Source: Candidatus Woesearchaeota archaeon
GTDB taxonomy: Archaea > Nanobdellota > Nanobdellia > SCGC-AAA011-G17 > PNOQ01
Assembly (NCBI GenBank): GCA_964393215.1
Contig: CAYMSW010000001.1
Span: 7,236 to 71,235 of the forward strand
DNA: 64,000 nt
Direction: 5' to 3'
The notes under the pieces are model-generated. The model was given only the letters and a program-made list of their open reading frames with translations, searched no databases and was not told where the DNA came from. Positions 47,359-57,411 of this stretch are shown one piece after another (the stretch's first letter is position 1; every line of letters starts with the position of its first letter). The position numbers and the translations under genes are program-made.

Positions 47359-47855
47359 TTTTCTATTTCCACCGCCTTAATTTCCAAGTGAGTTCTCTTC
47401 ATTTTTCTTCTTCTTAATCTTCCATAATGCCATTGATCAGGACCTTTGTTTGCAATAACTTCTGAAAGTTTTAACATTTCAACATTCAAACCTTTATTTT
47501 CTGCATTTCCTTCCAAAGAATTCAAAAGCATAAGGAAATGTTTTGAAGCTTTCTCTGGATATCTTCCAGATGCAATCTTTCCTGGCTTATGTCCCATGTC
47601 TCTATTGTATCTCTTAAATGGAACAGCCCTTTTCTTATCAATAACATCTTGCAAAAATGATTTTGCCTTACTCAATTCCCTTCCCCTAAGATAACCTGCA
47701 ATCTCAACAGATTGTTTTGTAGATATCGGAAGATTTCTAACTCTAACACTAGCAAAATGTGCTTTCTCGGATTTAACCTTTGGAGTTTCTTTCTTCTCCA
47801 CTTTAGGTTTTTCCTTCTTCGCTTCTTCCTTCTTTGTAGTTTTATCTTCTACCAT
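47355..47855 (-). CDS. rpl22: 50S ribosomal protein L22
   Basis: ISTKQSVEI, AVPFKRY, GRYP.KA. Confidence 0.95.
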   Translation of the reverse strand: MVEDKTTKKEEAKKEKPKVEKKETPKVKSEKAHFASVRVRNLPISTKQSVEIAGYLRGRELSKAKSFLQDVIDKKRAVPFKRYNRDMGHKPGKIASGRYPEKASKHFLMLLNSLEGNAENKGLNVEMLKLSEVIANKGPDQWHYGRLRRRKMKRTHLEIKAVEIEK

Positions 47856-47857
47856 CT

Positions 47858-48253
47858 TTACTTAACCGATTGAGACGCACTAGATCTTGTAGCACCAATA
47901 CCAGGAGCACTGTGCTTAATTCTAGATCTTGTATCTACGAATTCTCCTAGTCTGTGTCCAAGCATTTCAAATACAACTGCAACAGGCATGAACACCTTTC
48001 CGTTATGAACATGAATAATTAATCCAATCATTTCAGGTAAAATTACCATTTCTCTACAATGAGTCTTTATATTTTTCTTAAAAGTTCCAACTCTTGTTGC
48101 AGATATTTTTTTCAACAATCTTTTCTGGGCATCAGTAAATCCTCTCAAAATAGTTCTTCTATTTCTAGCAGGAACTAATTTAGCAAAGTCCTGCATATTC
48201 ATCTTATCCAAATCTTCCTTGGTTTTACCTTTGTAAGTTAGTTCTTTTGCCAT
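47858..48253 (-). CDS. rps19: 30S ribosomal protein S19
   Basis: KTHCR.M.ILPEM, GHRLGEF, GIGATRSS. Confidence 0.96.
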   Translation of the reverse strand: MAKELTYKGKTKEDLDKMNMQDFAKLVPARNRRTILRGFTDAQKRLLKKISATRVGTFKKNIKTHCREMVILPEMIGLIIHVHNGKVFMPVAVVFEMLGHRLGEFVDTRSRIKHSAPGIGATRSSASQSVK

Positions 48254-48254
48254 T

Positions 48255-48977
48255 TTACTTCTTACCTGTCCTCTTTGGTGAAATTGAACCTACTTTTCTT
48301 CCAGGAGGAGCATGTCTTGAAACTGTCTTTGCCTTTCCAATATGTCTTCCCCTACCAGATCCAAATGGATGATCAACAGCGTTCATTGCTACACCAGATG
48401 TTTGTGGGTACAATTTATTTCTTGCTTTCATTATAAAATGTCTCTTTCCAGCTTTTACTATTGGTTTATCTTTTCTTCCACCGCCAGACACAACACCAAC
48501 AGTTGCTCTACAATCAATATCAAATTGTTTTATTTTCTTTGAAGGCATCTTAACAGAAACCTTTGTCTTAGTTCTAGAAACAATGGTTGCAAATGAGCCA
48601 GCAGATCTTATATGTTTTCCACCATCTCCAACTTTTGATTCTACATTATGAATAATAGTACCTATTTTTGCACTCTTCAATGGAATTGTATTTCCAACTT
48701 CTACCTTAGAAAGTTTTCCAGACTGAACTTTTTTACCAGTATAAATACCATGAGTAGCTAAAACCAATCCTCTATCTCCATTTTCATATTCTATCTCTGC
48801 CAAAGGAGCAGAATGACCAGGACAATTCAAAAAATCCCTAACAACACCATTAATAACACTATTTTTCTCAACATCATCGTAAGGTCTATGGAAAATAGGA
48901 GAGACAAATCTATGACCAGGAGTTCTATATCTAGAAGTTCCCCTTCCTCTTCTCTGTGAAATAATTCGTTTTCCCAT
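48255..48977 (-). CDS. rpl2: 50S ribosomal protein L2
   Basis: MGKRIISQRRGRG, GVAMNAVDHPFG, PPGRKVG. Confidence 0.97.
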   Translation of the reverse strand: MGKRIISQRRGRGTSRYRTPGHRFVSPIFHRPYDDVEKNSVINGVVRDFLNCPGHSAPLAEIEYENGDRGLVLATHGIYTGKKVQSGKLSKVEVGNTIPLKSAKIGTIIHNVESKVGDGGKHIRSAGSFATIVSRTKTKVSVKMPSKKIKQFDIDCRATVGVVSGGGRKDKPIVKAGKRHFIMKARNKLYPQTSGVAMNAVDHPFGSGRGRHIGKAKTVSRHAPPGRKVGSISPKRTGKK

Positions 48978-48978
48978 T

Positions 48979-49248
48979 TTACATTAATCCTAATTGTGTT
49001 ACAACATCAATTGCAGGTGTTTCAGGTGAAACTGAGATGTAAGCTCTTTTGTTTCCATCCCTATCAAATAAAGTGTTGACTTTTACAACTTTCAACTTAA
49101 ATTCTTTCTCGATAGCTTCCTTTATTTCATGTTTTTTAGCATTATTATCTACAACAAAGAGTAATTTGTTCTCTGATTCCATTAATCTAACTGCCTTTTC
49201 AGTTGCCAATGGATATTTTATTATTCTGTACTGTTTCATTTTACTCAA
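48979..49248 (-). CDS. rpl23: 50S ribosomal protein L23
   Basis: PLATEKA, KVNTL, KRAYI. Confidence 0.95.
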   Translation of the reverse strand: MSKMKQYRIIKYPLATEKAVRLMESENKLLFVVDNNAKKHEIKEAIEKEFKLKVVKVNTLFDRDGNKRAYISVSPETPAIDVVTQLGLM

Positions 49249-50005
49249 ACAATTTCTCCTTGTTCATTTTTTCAATAGAGTCTAAAGACCAAACTGTGGT
49301 TCTTCCAGGAACTGCACCCGGAGCTAACAACTCTGCATTAAGTGATTTTACATTTGAAACATCAAAACCGGCCAAATTTCTACAAGCCTTAGACATAGGT
49401 GATTCTTTTGATACAACGACTAAAATGCTCTTTGGCTTTCTATATTTTCTTCCCCTTAATTTTCCAATACCTGCTCTTATCTTTTTAGTTAATCCTCTTT
49501 CAACATCTTTTTCCAAACCTAACTTCTCAAATAAAGAAACAGCATCTTTGGATTTTGTTATTGTTTCTAACTTTTCAACAATTAATGGTTTCTTACCAAC
49601 TGCTGCGGCCATTGCAGATCTAATTGCCTTTCTGTTTTCTTTCTTATTTATTGCCTGTCCGAAATTCTTCTCTGCCTTTGGAGGATGAGCTCTTCTTCCA
49701 CCAACGGTGCTAGAAACAACTGCACCAGTATAAACAAACTGTGTACCTCTTCTCAACATAACTTTTCTAGGTATTCTTGACATACCTCTATTATATCCAC
49801 CTCTGTAAGCTCTTCTCCTTCTAGATAGCTTAGCAGAATAATCCATTCCTGCTCTAACACTTGCACCGTAATCTTGTCTTCTTGAAGATTGTAAAGATAA
49901 AACTGCCCTCTTGATTAAGTCAGGTCTAACCTCTTCAGAGAATACCTTAGGCAAATCTACTTCCTTCGTTTCCTTACCTTGTAAATTATATACTTTAGCT
50001 TTCAT
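49241..50005 (-). CDS. rpl4: 50S ribosomal protein L4
   Basis: RPDLIKRAV, GGRRAHPP, LAPGAVPGR. Confidence 0.96.
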   Translation of the reverse strand: MKAKVYNLQGKETKEVDLPKVFSEEVRPDLIKRAVLSLQSSRRQDYGASVRAGMDYSAKLSRRRRAYRGGYNRGMSRIPRKVMLRRGTQFVYTGAVVSSTVGGRRAHPPKAEKNFGQAINKKENRKAIRSAMAAAVGKKPLIVEKLETITKSKDAVSLFEKLGLEKDVERGLTKKIRAGIGKLRGRKYRKPKSILVVVSKESPMSKACRNLAGFDVSNVKSLNAELLAPGAVPGRTTVWSLDSIEKMNKEKLFE

Positions 50006-50949
50006 TGTTTCGAACTCTGACTTACAGAGATTATTTCTGGAGCATTAGAATCTTTTACGCTCCTAATATTTTTGGTTAATATGATTAATCTTTTAGCAGG
50101 ACCAGAAACAGATCCTTTAATCAAAAGATATTCATTCTTCAATTCACCATAGCCCTTTATTCCACCACTTTGATTTATATCCTTTGAGTCTGAACCGACA
50201 AGATAAACCATCTTATTATAATCAGTTCTCTTATGATATCCATGCTGACCATGTTGTGGAACTCTCCAATCAGTTTTCCTTGGAGTAAATGCACCCAAGT
50301 TACCAGCAGATCTTCTTTTCTTCTCAGATTTATGTGACTTCAATGAAATTCCATATCTCTTAACAGGTCCTTGGAATCCCTTACCCTTTGTAATAGAACG
50401 TGTATCAACAACTTCACCAGCTTTCAAAACATCAGAAACTTTAATTTCCTTCTCCAACAAAGATTTTGCATATTCTAAATCACCGTTCAAAGGAATTTCA
50501 AATATTTCTGGTTTTTTCTTTCCAATGCCAGTTAATTTTGGTTGTGTATAAACAACTAATCTAATATGATCGTATTCTTTTGGAATCTCGCTCTTAGTTT
50601 CTTTTTTTGATAAGTTAATCTTCCTAGATAATTCCTTGTCTAAATTCTTAGCAATAATTTGTGATATGACCAAGAAACCGTATGGAGTTTTGTTGTAAAA
50701 TCGAAGAGAAAGAGGCTTTAATGGTGGACATTCAATAATTGTCACCGGTGTAAACACATTCATGTTCTTAGTCATAGGGTTGGTGCTCTTTTCAAAAATA
50801 TGAGTCATTCCTGCTTTATAGCCAGCAAAACCAATAACATTTTGAGAATCAGATTTAAACCATGATTTAATATTAGAATATATTCTTTGAGACCTTACCC
50901 TAGGCCAAACTTGCAAACTTCCTGATCGTGGTTTGTGCGATTTCGACAT
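50002..50949 (-). CDS. rpl3: 50S ribosomal protein L3
   Basis: PRSGSL, GYKAGMTH, TKGKGFQGPVKR, GQHGYHKRT. Confidence 0.97.
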   Translation of the reverse strand: MSKSHKPRSGSLQVWPRVRSQRIYSNIKSWFKSDSQNVIGFAGYKAGMTHIFEKSTNPMTKNMNVFTPVTIIECPPLKPLSLRFYNKTPYGFLVISQIIAKNLDKELSRKINLSKKETKSEIPKEYDHIRLVVYTQPKLTGIGKKKPEIFEIPLNGDLEYAKSLLEKEIKVSDVLKAGEVVDTRSITKGKGFQGPVKRYGISLKSHKSEKKRRSAGNLGAFTPRKTDWRVPQHGQHGYHKRTDYNKMVYLVGSDSKDINQSGGIKGYGELKNEYLLIKGSVSGPAKRLIILTKNIRSVKDSNAPEIISVSQSSKQ

Positions 50950-51075
50950 TTGTTAACTGCGCTCTTAACGCTTTTATATAGTTTTCCATCTAGAATCAGC
51001 GACTTACCAGATCTCTCTGGGAACGATACAGTAGGGTAGAATTAAGCTAATTTGGGCAATTTATAAAGGTTTTGA

Positions 51076-51690
51076 TTAAGCCTCAAATTCTTTCTCTTTT
51101 TCACTCTCAGAACCATCAATAATCAATTTTCTAACTAATTTTCCCTTTCTTTTGGCAAATAATCTCGCTTTTTCAGAATCGTTTTCATATTCTTTAGGAA
51201 CAACCACGTCTTCAATCAAAAAAGTGTAGAATAACTCTAATTTCTTCTTAAATTCAGCATCAATAAGTTTACCAGCAAAATCAAGAGGCAACACAGCCTT
51301 TCCAAAATTACCCTTCAAAGCATTACCAGGTTTAGGAAGAGACTTCCCAACTTTCAAAGATCCACCAGAAAACTCAATATTTAATAGAATAAACTCACAC
51401 TCATCACAAAACTTAACCAAATCAGCACCAGAAATCTCTTCATCCAACTCTTCCTTTCTCTTACCAGAATAGAAAACTTTACCATTAACAGACACTTTAT
51501 CAACGTTCTCTCCAATTACTCTAGTTAAATCTTTAATCAAGTCATAAGAACAATTAACCTTCAAAACTCCTTTTGGCACAGTCATTTTAAGTAAAGATCT
51601 ATTTTCATATTTTCCTGGACCAAATCTAACAAACTGCTTATGGGTTTCTTCATCAACATTCCCATTAAACAACCTTTCAGTAAATATCAT
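51076..51690 (-). CDS. Hypothetical protein
   Basis: 204-aa ORF with native codon usage; HKQFVRFGPGKY and AKRKGKLVR segments; no function recognised. Confidence 0.7.
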   Translation of the reverse strand: MIFTERLFNGNVDEETHKQFVRFGPGKYENRSLLKMTVPKGVLKVNCSYDLIKDLTRVIGENVDKVSVNGKVFYSGKRKEELDEEISGADLVKFCDECEFILLNIEFSGGSLKVGKSLPKPGNALKGNFGKAVLPLDFAGKLIDAEFKKKLELFYTFLIEDVVVPKEYENDSEKARLFAKRKGKLVRKLIIDGSESEKEKEFEA

Positions 51691-51766
51691 ACTACTAAAG
51701 GTAACATCTCAAATTTATAAATTTATTTGTAGAAAGATATATAAGCCCAAAATTCTTTCAAAAATT

Positions 51767-52099
51767 ATGAAACAGAGGACAATATTTTATTCCATGCTGA
51801 TACTTGTAGTGGGTGCCTTGTTCTTTTCATTCCTGAGCTGGATGAATTTTAGTGGTTTCGCAGTAACAGATGTAAATGACTGTTTAATTGCAAAAAATAA
51901 GTTTGATATCTCAAAAAAACATTTTGAATGTACAAGCGAAGGAACAGCAGAAGAAGCAACAGAAATTTGCATAAGAGAAGGCGAAACGATGACATATCAC
52001 TATGTAAAGTCAGATTTCAAAGAATGGGCATTTGAAAAAGACGGAACCAAGGAAACATACACCTACGACTTGGAATCAAAAACTTGTGAAACTGGGTGA
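51767..52099 (+). CDS. Hypothetical secreted or membrane-anchored protein
   Basis: N-terminal hydrophobic segment followed by SGFAV; four Cys. Confidence 0.65.
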   Translation: MKQRTIFYSMLILVVGALFFSFLSWMNFSGFAVTDVNDCLIAKNKFDISKKHFECTSEGTAEEATEICIREGETMTYHYVKSDFKEWAFEKDGTKETYTYDLESKTCETG

Positions 52100-52116
52100 T
52101 ATAAATTTTAGGCACT

Positions 52117-52734
52117 TTGGATTTTATCTACATATTAGCAATAGGAGTTCTTCTTCTAGTTGTGATTATACAATCTATACGAAAATTTGAGAAGAATCAG
52201 TATGTTTTGTGGTTTTCAATCATTCCTGCAATAATTTTTCTGATTGCACAATATTTTCCAACAAATGAACTACTAAATAGTATATTATTGGTAGTATTCA
52301 TATTGATAATAACCTTATACCCACTAACATTCCTAATAAAAAAACTCAAGAACAAAAGAGTAAACATGCTAATTTTCCTAACCTTATTAATTGAATGGGA
52401 CTGGATCATAACCTGGGTCTACCTAAATAGATATTCCTTAGATGAACTAAATCCACTATTAAACATAGGAAGCTTACTATTCTTCAGCATCCAAAAACTA
52501 CTACCTCTAATCTTATTCCTATTATTATATTTAGTCTCAAAAGACAATAAAAAACTATCAAGAATTTTAGAAGCAATACTAATCGTAGTTACAATTGCTT
52601 ATGCAGTTCTATTTGTTTGGCAAATGTATGTTGTTGCACTCTTTACGCCGTTTGTATTCTATCTATTACCAATTTCGGCAATTGCAGTAATATACTTTGT
52701 TTACAAAATGGTTAAAAGTAAATTAACACTCTAA
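52117..52734 (+). CDS. Hypothetical multi-pass membrane protein
   Basis: About 7 hydrophobic segments; ELNPL motif. Confidence 0.65.
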   Translation: MDFIYILAIGVLLLVVIIQSIRKFEKNQYVLWFSIIPAIIFLIAQYFPTNELLNSILLVVFILIITLYPLTFLIKKLKNKRVNMLIFLTLLIEWDWIITWVYLNRYSLDELNPLLNIGSLLFFSIQKLLPLILFLLLYLVSKDNKKLSRILEAILIVVTIAYAVLFVWQMYVVALFTPFVFYLLPISAIAVIYFVYKMVKSKLTL

Positions 52735-52772
52735 AAACCTTTTTAAAAGAAATAAATACACAATCTTTCTAT

Positions 52773-52845
52773 AGTCCCGTAGTGTAGTGGCCCAGCATAC
52801 GAGGTTCTGGTCCTCGTGACCCAGGTTCGAATCCTGGCGGGACTA
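52773..52845 (+). tRNA. tRNA-Gln(CTG)
   Basis: Acceptor AGTCCCG/CGGGACT (A1:U72, archaeal Gln); anticodon arm CGAGG-TTCTGGT-CCTCG. Confidence 0.93.
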
Positions 52846-52886
52846 CTTAGTTAATTTTATAAAAGAAATAATTCAGCCAAACCTAT

Positions 52887-52961
52887 GCTCTCGTAGTCTA
52901 GCCCGGTCCAGGACGCGGCCCTCTCGAGGCCGAAACCCGAGTTCAAATCTCGGCGGGAGCA
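52887..52961 (+). tRNA. tRNA-Glu(CTC)
   Basis: Acceptor GCTCTCG/CGGGAGC; anticodon arm CGGCC-CTCTCGA-GGCCG. Confidence 0.93.
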
Positions 52962-52962
52962 T

Positions 52963-53256
52963 TCACTTTTCATACGTGCCTATTGACTTCTCAAGTTTGG
53001 TAAATGGCCAAGGCCTATTATTATGTACAAAAGTCATATACTGCAAGAACTTAAACTTCTGGGTGTTGTAAATCCCACAAAAGTTTGCAAGATCTTTACT
53101 TCTTTTTCCAGAGAAAATAGAATACAACCAATGGAAAACAACAATAATTTGTATTAATGACTTCCAAACGCTAAGAATTATTCCAGACACAATGAGAACA
53201 ACGATTCTCATCCATGCTTCTTTTCTTTCGGTTTTCATAATAGAAATGTAATTCAA
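52963..53256 (-). CDS. DUF4389-like small membrane protein
   Basis: HWLYSIFSGKR...YMTF....RPWPF pattern. Confidence 0.7.
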   Translation of the reverse strand: MNYISIMKTERKEAWMRIVVLIVSGIILSVWKSLIQIIVVFHWLYSIFSGKRSKDLANFCGIYNTQKFKFLQYMTFVHNNRPWPFTKLEKSIGTYEK

Positions 53257-53309
53257 CTCTTTATATATTTTATCAAAAAGTTTATATAATCTCCATCTAA
53301 AAAATAACT

Positions 53310-54125
53310 ATGGTTCAGAGAAAAAGAGGTAAGAAAACAACTTCTAAGAAAGTCAAAAGAAAAACAAAAGAAGTCAAACCAAAAAAAGCACCATGGACTT
53401 ATTACATTTCAATTGTAGTTTTATCATTAGGAATCGTTGGAGGAATTTTTGGAGAAGAACTTTTGGATATTATTCCAGAAGAAATAGAGCCAAGACCATT
53501 ATACAAACCATTGGATGGAGAGAACACTGCACAAATAGTTGTACCCGCAGTTGATCAAGAAGGTAATGGGGTTCCAACAAACTTAGCAGTAACAGTAAAA
53601 GAAGGAACAGGAAAAACCTTAGTTGATATTGATGGCTTATTATTCTGGGTAGATACACAAAACAGTATAAGAATGGCAAAATTAGTTGCACAAGAACAAA
53701 CAAACTTAGATCTTGACCAATATGACATAATTTACAAAATAGATGCACAAGCATCATTAATTGGAGGGGAAAGCGCCGGTGCGGCATTAACAGTAGCAAC
53801 AATTGCAGCATTAGAAGATAAAGAATTAAAAGAGAATGTAGTAATAACTGGAACTGTAAATCATGACGGAACAATCGGTCCGATTGGCGAGGTTGTAGAA
53901 AAAGCAATGGCTGCAAAAGACATAGGTGCAACAAAAATACTAGTTCCACTAATGCAGAGCAAGGAAGTTGCTTATGAAGAAATAGAACATTGCCAAACAT
54001 TCGGACTTATGGAATGGTGCACTATGGAAAGAATCCCACAATCATATGATCTTGCATCAGAATCCGGACTTGAAGTAATTGAGGTAACAACAGTAAGAGA
54101 AGCACTAGATCATTTCTATGTTTAG
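53310..54125 (+). CDS. Membrane-anchored S16 (Lon proteolytic domain) serine protease
   Basis: N-terminal TM, GGESAG catalytic Ser, TGTV..DGTIGPIG.V.EK catalytic Lys. Confidence 0.88.
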   Translation: MVQRKRGKKTTSKKVKRKTKEVKPKKAPWTYYISIVVLSLGIVGGIFGEELLDIIPEEIEPRPLYKPLDGENTAQIVVPAVDQEGNGVPTNLAVTVKEGTGKTLVDIDGLLFWVDTQNSIRMAKLVAQEQTNLDLDQYDIIYKIDAQASLIGGESAGAALTVATIAALEDKELKENVVITGTVNHDGTIGPIGEVVEKAMAAKDIGATKILVPLMQSKEVAYEEIEHCQTFGLMEWCTMERIPQSYDLASESGLEVIEVTTVREALDHFYV

Positions 54126-54159
54126 TTAATCTTTTAAATAATAAAAACAATCCTGGCTC

Positions 54160-54639
54160 ATGAAAAGAGGACAAGCAGCCATGGAGTTCTTAATGACTTA
54201 TGGTTGGGCAATTCTTGTTGTTTTAATCGCCATTGGCGCTTTAGCCTACTTTGCTGCATTAAATCCCGGAAGATTCTTGCCTAGCAGTTGTACAATAACT
54301 CCTGGCGTATCGTGCGAAGACTTCGTTGTTGATTACGTTGATGGAACAAACGATGCCATTACCATTACATTGAGAAATGGAATGGGTGATGACTTAGATT
54401 CTGTAGCAGTTACAATTACAGATCCAGATGGGGGAGCGACAATATGTCCATTAGCATGTTCTAATGGATGTGCAGGAACTTCGATGCCAGATGGAACGCT
54501 AACTACTTGGGGAGCGACAACTTGTCCAGGTGTCGGTGCTGCAGGAAGCAAATTTAAGGGAGATATATTATTTGCTTACACTGGAGCAGGTGGATTAAGT
54601 CACACAAAGACAGGTTCCATAACAACACAAGTCGAATAA
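54160..54639 (+). CDS. Archaeal type IV pilin-like protein
   Basis: Class III signal peptide MKRG/QAAMEFLMTYGWAILVVLIAIGALAYF; Cys- and Thr/Gly-rich head. Confidence 0.88.
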   Translation: MKRGQAAMEFLMTYGWAILVVLIAIGALAYFAALNPGRFLPSSCTITPGVSCEDFVVDYVDGTNDAITITLRNGMGDDLDSVAVTITDPDGGATICPLACSNGCAGTSMPDGTLTTWGATTCPGVGAAGSKFKGDILFAYTGAGGLSHTKTGSITTQVE

Positions 54640-54660
54640 ATTTTTTTCTTTTTCTTTTTT
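54640..54660 (+). terminator. Poly-T terminator after the pilin gene
   Basis: tttttttctttttctttttt directly after the stop. Confidence 0.6.
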
Positions 54661-54718
54661 AGTTAACTCAAATCCTTAAAAAGAAAGTTTTTTATAACAA
54701 TTTTCTAAAGTATTCTCT

Positions 54719-55759
54719 ATGAATTCGATATTAAAACTTCTTTTAAAAAATAAGGATAAAAAAGAGATCAAAGGAGGATCATTATCTAAAATATATCTTT
54801 GCAATAAATACATAATTAAAACTTATAGAGGAAAAGATCCAAGAGGGGTAGAAAAATTAAAAAAAGAGGTATACTATTTAAAAAAACTTCCCAAAGAATT
54901 AAAATCCCATTTCCCAAGGGTCCTTGAAAAATTAAGTGCTAAAAACTCATTTTCATTTCTATTAACATATCATTCAATTCCTTCAATAACTGAACAAATT
55001 TTAGATAAAAAAATGAACATAGTCCAAATTTGGAAAAACCTAGAAGATATTATTCTCTTCATGAAAAAAAACCTATATACTAAAAAGAAAACAAAATTAA
55101 AAAAGAATTATCTAAAAAAAGCTTATTTTGACAGGCTAAATTCAGCACTAAAAATACTAGAAAAAGATGAATATTATAATAGCATATTGAAATCAAACAT
55201 AATCTTAAACGATGAGTATCTAACAAATATATACATCCTTCTTAAAAGATTAAAAAAAGACAAAAAGTTAGCCAGTTCAATGAATCCCAAAAATCTAACA
55301 TTGTTCCATGGTAATTTTCATACTGCAAATATACTTGCTAATAAGAATGAATTTATTTTAATAGATCCAAGGGGAGAAACTCTTGGAAGCATAGATTACG
55401 ATGAATCTAAAATGCTTTGCCACTTACTAATTAGATATGATGAAGCACATGAAAATTATTTTTCACTAAACAAATCTAAAAACAAGATTTCGATAAAATT
55501 AACAAAAAAAGACATAGGAATAAGATATGGATACTTACAAAAAAAATATATTGATAAAATCACAAAAAACAAATTAAGAAAATTACTACTATTAGCAGGA
55601 TTCCATGCAATTAGTTTTTCTTCATATCATGCAAGAAAAGACAAACCGAACAAGAAAAGAGTTTTATATTACTATTTAGCAGGATTAAAATTAATTAATG
55701 ACATTGTTTTAGGAAAACAAATAAAAACAGATAAATCTTTGTTCCCTTATTTAAAATGA
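54719..55759 (+). CDS. APH/choline-kinase-like phosphotransferase fold protein
   Basis: GGSLSKIY loop, IIK, E helix, HGNFHTANIL (HGDxxxxN-like), IDPRG, YDESK. Confidence 0.78.
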   Translation: MNSILKLLLKNKDKKEIKGGSLSKIYLCNKYIIKTYRGKDPRGVEKLKKEVYYLKKLPKELKSHFPRVLEKLSAKNSFSFLLTYHSIPSITEQILDKKMNIVQIWKNLEDIILFMKKNLYTKKKTKLKKNYLKKAYFDRLNSALKILEKDEYYNSILKSNIILNDEYLTNIYILLKRLKKDKKLASSMNPKNLTLFHGNFHTANILANKNEFILIDPRGETLGSIDYDESKMLCHLLIRYDEAHENYFSLNKSKNKISIKLTKKDIGIRYGYLQKKYIDKITKNKLRKLLLLAGFHAISFSSYHARKDKPNKKRVLYYYLAGLKLINDIVLGKQIKTDKSLFPYLK

Positions 55760-57411
55760 ATATTAAATCAATATACAAAAAAATTGCAAGATATTATCCT
55801 TTAAAATACAAAAAGAACGATCTTCCATACTTTCTAAAAGAATATTTTAAAATTTTAGATCACAAAATTCCCAGTTCAGTTTCTCCAAGAATAGGTGGCA
55901 AATTTGGAAAAGATTATTACAATAGTTTAATAGATAAATACTCCAAAATACCTAAAAAACCAAGTAATCCTCTAAAATCCTCTTCTAAAATTGTAAATGA
56001 CTTATTTCAAGGTGTTCTTCGTTGGAGAAGCCCCTTATTACAATATAATGTTGGATCTGCAGTCAACACACCTTCTTCTGCAATATACTCTCTTGCTTTA
56101 GATGAAAATATTTATTCTATTGATGAAGGTCTAGCGGGAAATGCACTTGTTGCTGAAAAAGCAGTAATAAGAATATTATCTAATCTAGCAAATCTTAAGA
56201 AACCAGGATCTGGATTGTTTGTTTTCGGAGGAACAGCCACAAATCTTTACGCAACAAAGTTGGGATTAAAGAAGAATTGTCCAGGAGCGGATAAGAAAGG
56301 AGTTCCAAAAAACGTAAGGATATTTGTGACAGAAGACTCACACTTCACACACTCACTAAGTGCAGACTGGTTAGGAATTGGTACTGATAAAATTATAAAA
56401 ATAATTGCAAATAAAGATAGAACTAGCAATATTGAGGACTTCTCTATAAAACTTGAAAAAGAGCTTAAGAAAGGAAATGTTGTGACTTCAATTTTATTAA
56501 ACGGAGGAACCACATATGATCATACAGTAGATGAAATTAAAAAATTTATAAATGTTAGAAATAAATTAGTAAAAAAATATTCTCTGAAATACACACCACA
56601 CATTCATGTAGATTCTGTAATTGGATGGGGCTGGTTATTTTTTAAAGAATATGACTTTAAAAAGAATAAATTAGACTTATCAAAAAATTGCTTAGAAAAA
56701 ATAAAAAAACAATATTTGAAAATTTCTCAATTAAAGTATGCTGATAGTTGGGGAGTTGACTTTCATAAAGGCATTGGAGGATGCCCTGTAAATAGTAGTA
56801 TGGTTATGTTCAACAAAGCCTCGGATCTGGCATACTTATCTAAAACAAACAATCCAGATTTAGAAATGCACCAATTAGCAAGAGAAATTAATTATATCTC
56901 TCCTGCAGATTATACGCTTGAAACTTCAAGAAATGCTGGAGCCGCATTGGCAGCACTAGCCTCAATTAATTTTCTCGGAATTGAAGGATATCAAAGAAAT
57001 TTATCAAACCTAATAGAGAATACACAATTAGTTAGAAAACTTCTTGATAATAAAAAAGATCTATATGTCATGAATCTTTTTTCAAATGGCTTCGCTACGA
57101 TGGTAAGATTACTCCCTCCTGAAATAAAGAGAACTGTAGATACAGATTCCTTAACAAAAGATATTTCAATAATAAATAAATATATCAAAGAATTTTATCT
57201 TTGGGATTATAAGAATAGAATTTTAAAAAATAACAATAGCCCAAATTATTCTTTCAGCTCAACATATTTTAAGTATAATGGAAATAAAATTTCAGCTATA
57301 AAGATATACCCAGTTTCTCCCCACTATAATAACAAATTTGCCAAAGAAACGGTAAAGACTCTAATCAATCAAAAAAAGATATTTGATAATGAAATATGGT
57401 TAAAGAATTAA
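55756..57411 (+). CDS. Group II PLP-dependent amino-acid decarboxylase
   Basis: FGGTATNL, SHF, GGTT..HTVD, HIHVDS, ADSWGVDFHK (PLP lysine), TLETSR. Confidence 0.87.
   Translation: MNIKSIYKKIARYYPLKYKKNDLPYFLKEYFKILDHKIPSSVSPRIGGKFGKDYYNSLIDKYSKIPKKPSNPLKSSSKIVNDLFQGVLRWRSPLLQYNVGSAVNTPSSAIYSLALDENIYSIDEGLAGNALVAEKAVIRILSNLANLKKPGSGLFVFGGTATNLYATKLGLKKNCPGADKKGVPKNVRIFVTEDSHFTHSLSADWLGIGTDKIIKIIANKDRTSNIEDFSIKLEKELKKGNVVTSILLNGGTTYDHTVDEIKKFINVRNKLVKKYSLKYTPHIHVDSVIGWGWLFFKEYDFKKNKLDLSKNCLEKIKKQYLKISQLKYADSWGVDFHKGIGGCPVNSSMVMFNKASDLAYLSKTNNPDLEMHQLAREINYISPADYTLETSRNAGAALAALASINFLGIEGYQRNLSNLIENTQLVRKLLDNKKDLYVMNLFSNGFATMVRLLPPEIKRTVDTDSLTKDISIINKYIKEFYLWDYKNRILKNNNSPNYSFSSTYFKYNGNKISAIKIYPVSPHYNNKFAKETVKTLINQKKIFDNEIWLKN

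Noticed and set aside
50950..51075. Structured leader or ncRNA upstream of rpl3 (CCAGA-TCTC-TCTGG hairpin)
   Set aside because: Only a 5-bp stem and no recognisable family; insufficient support
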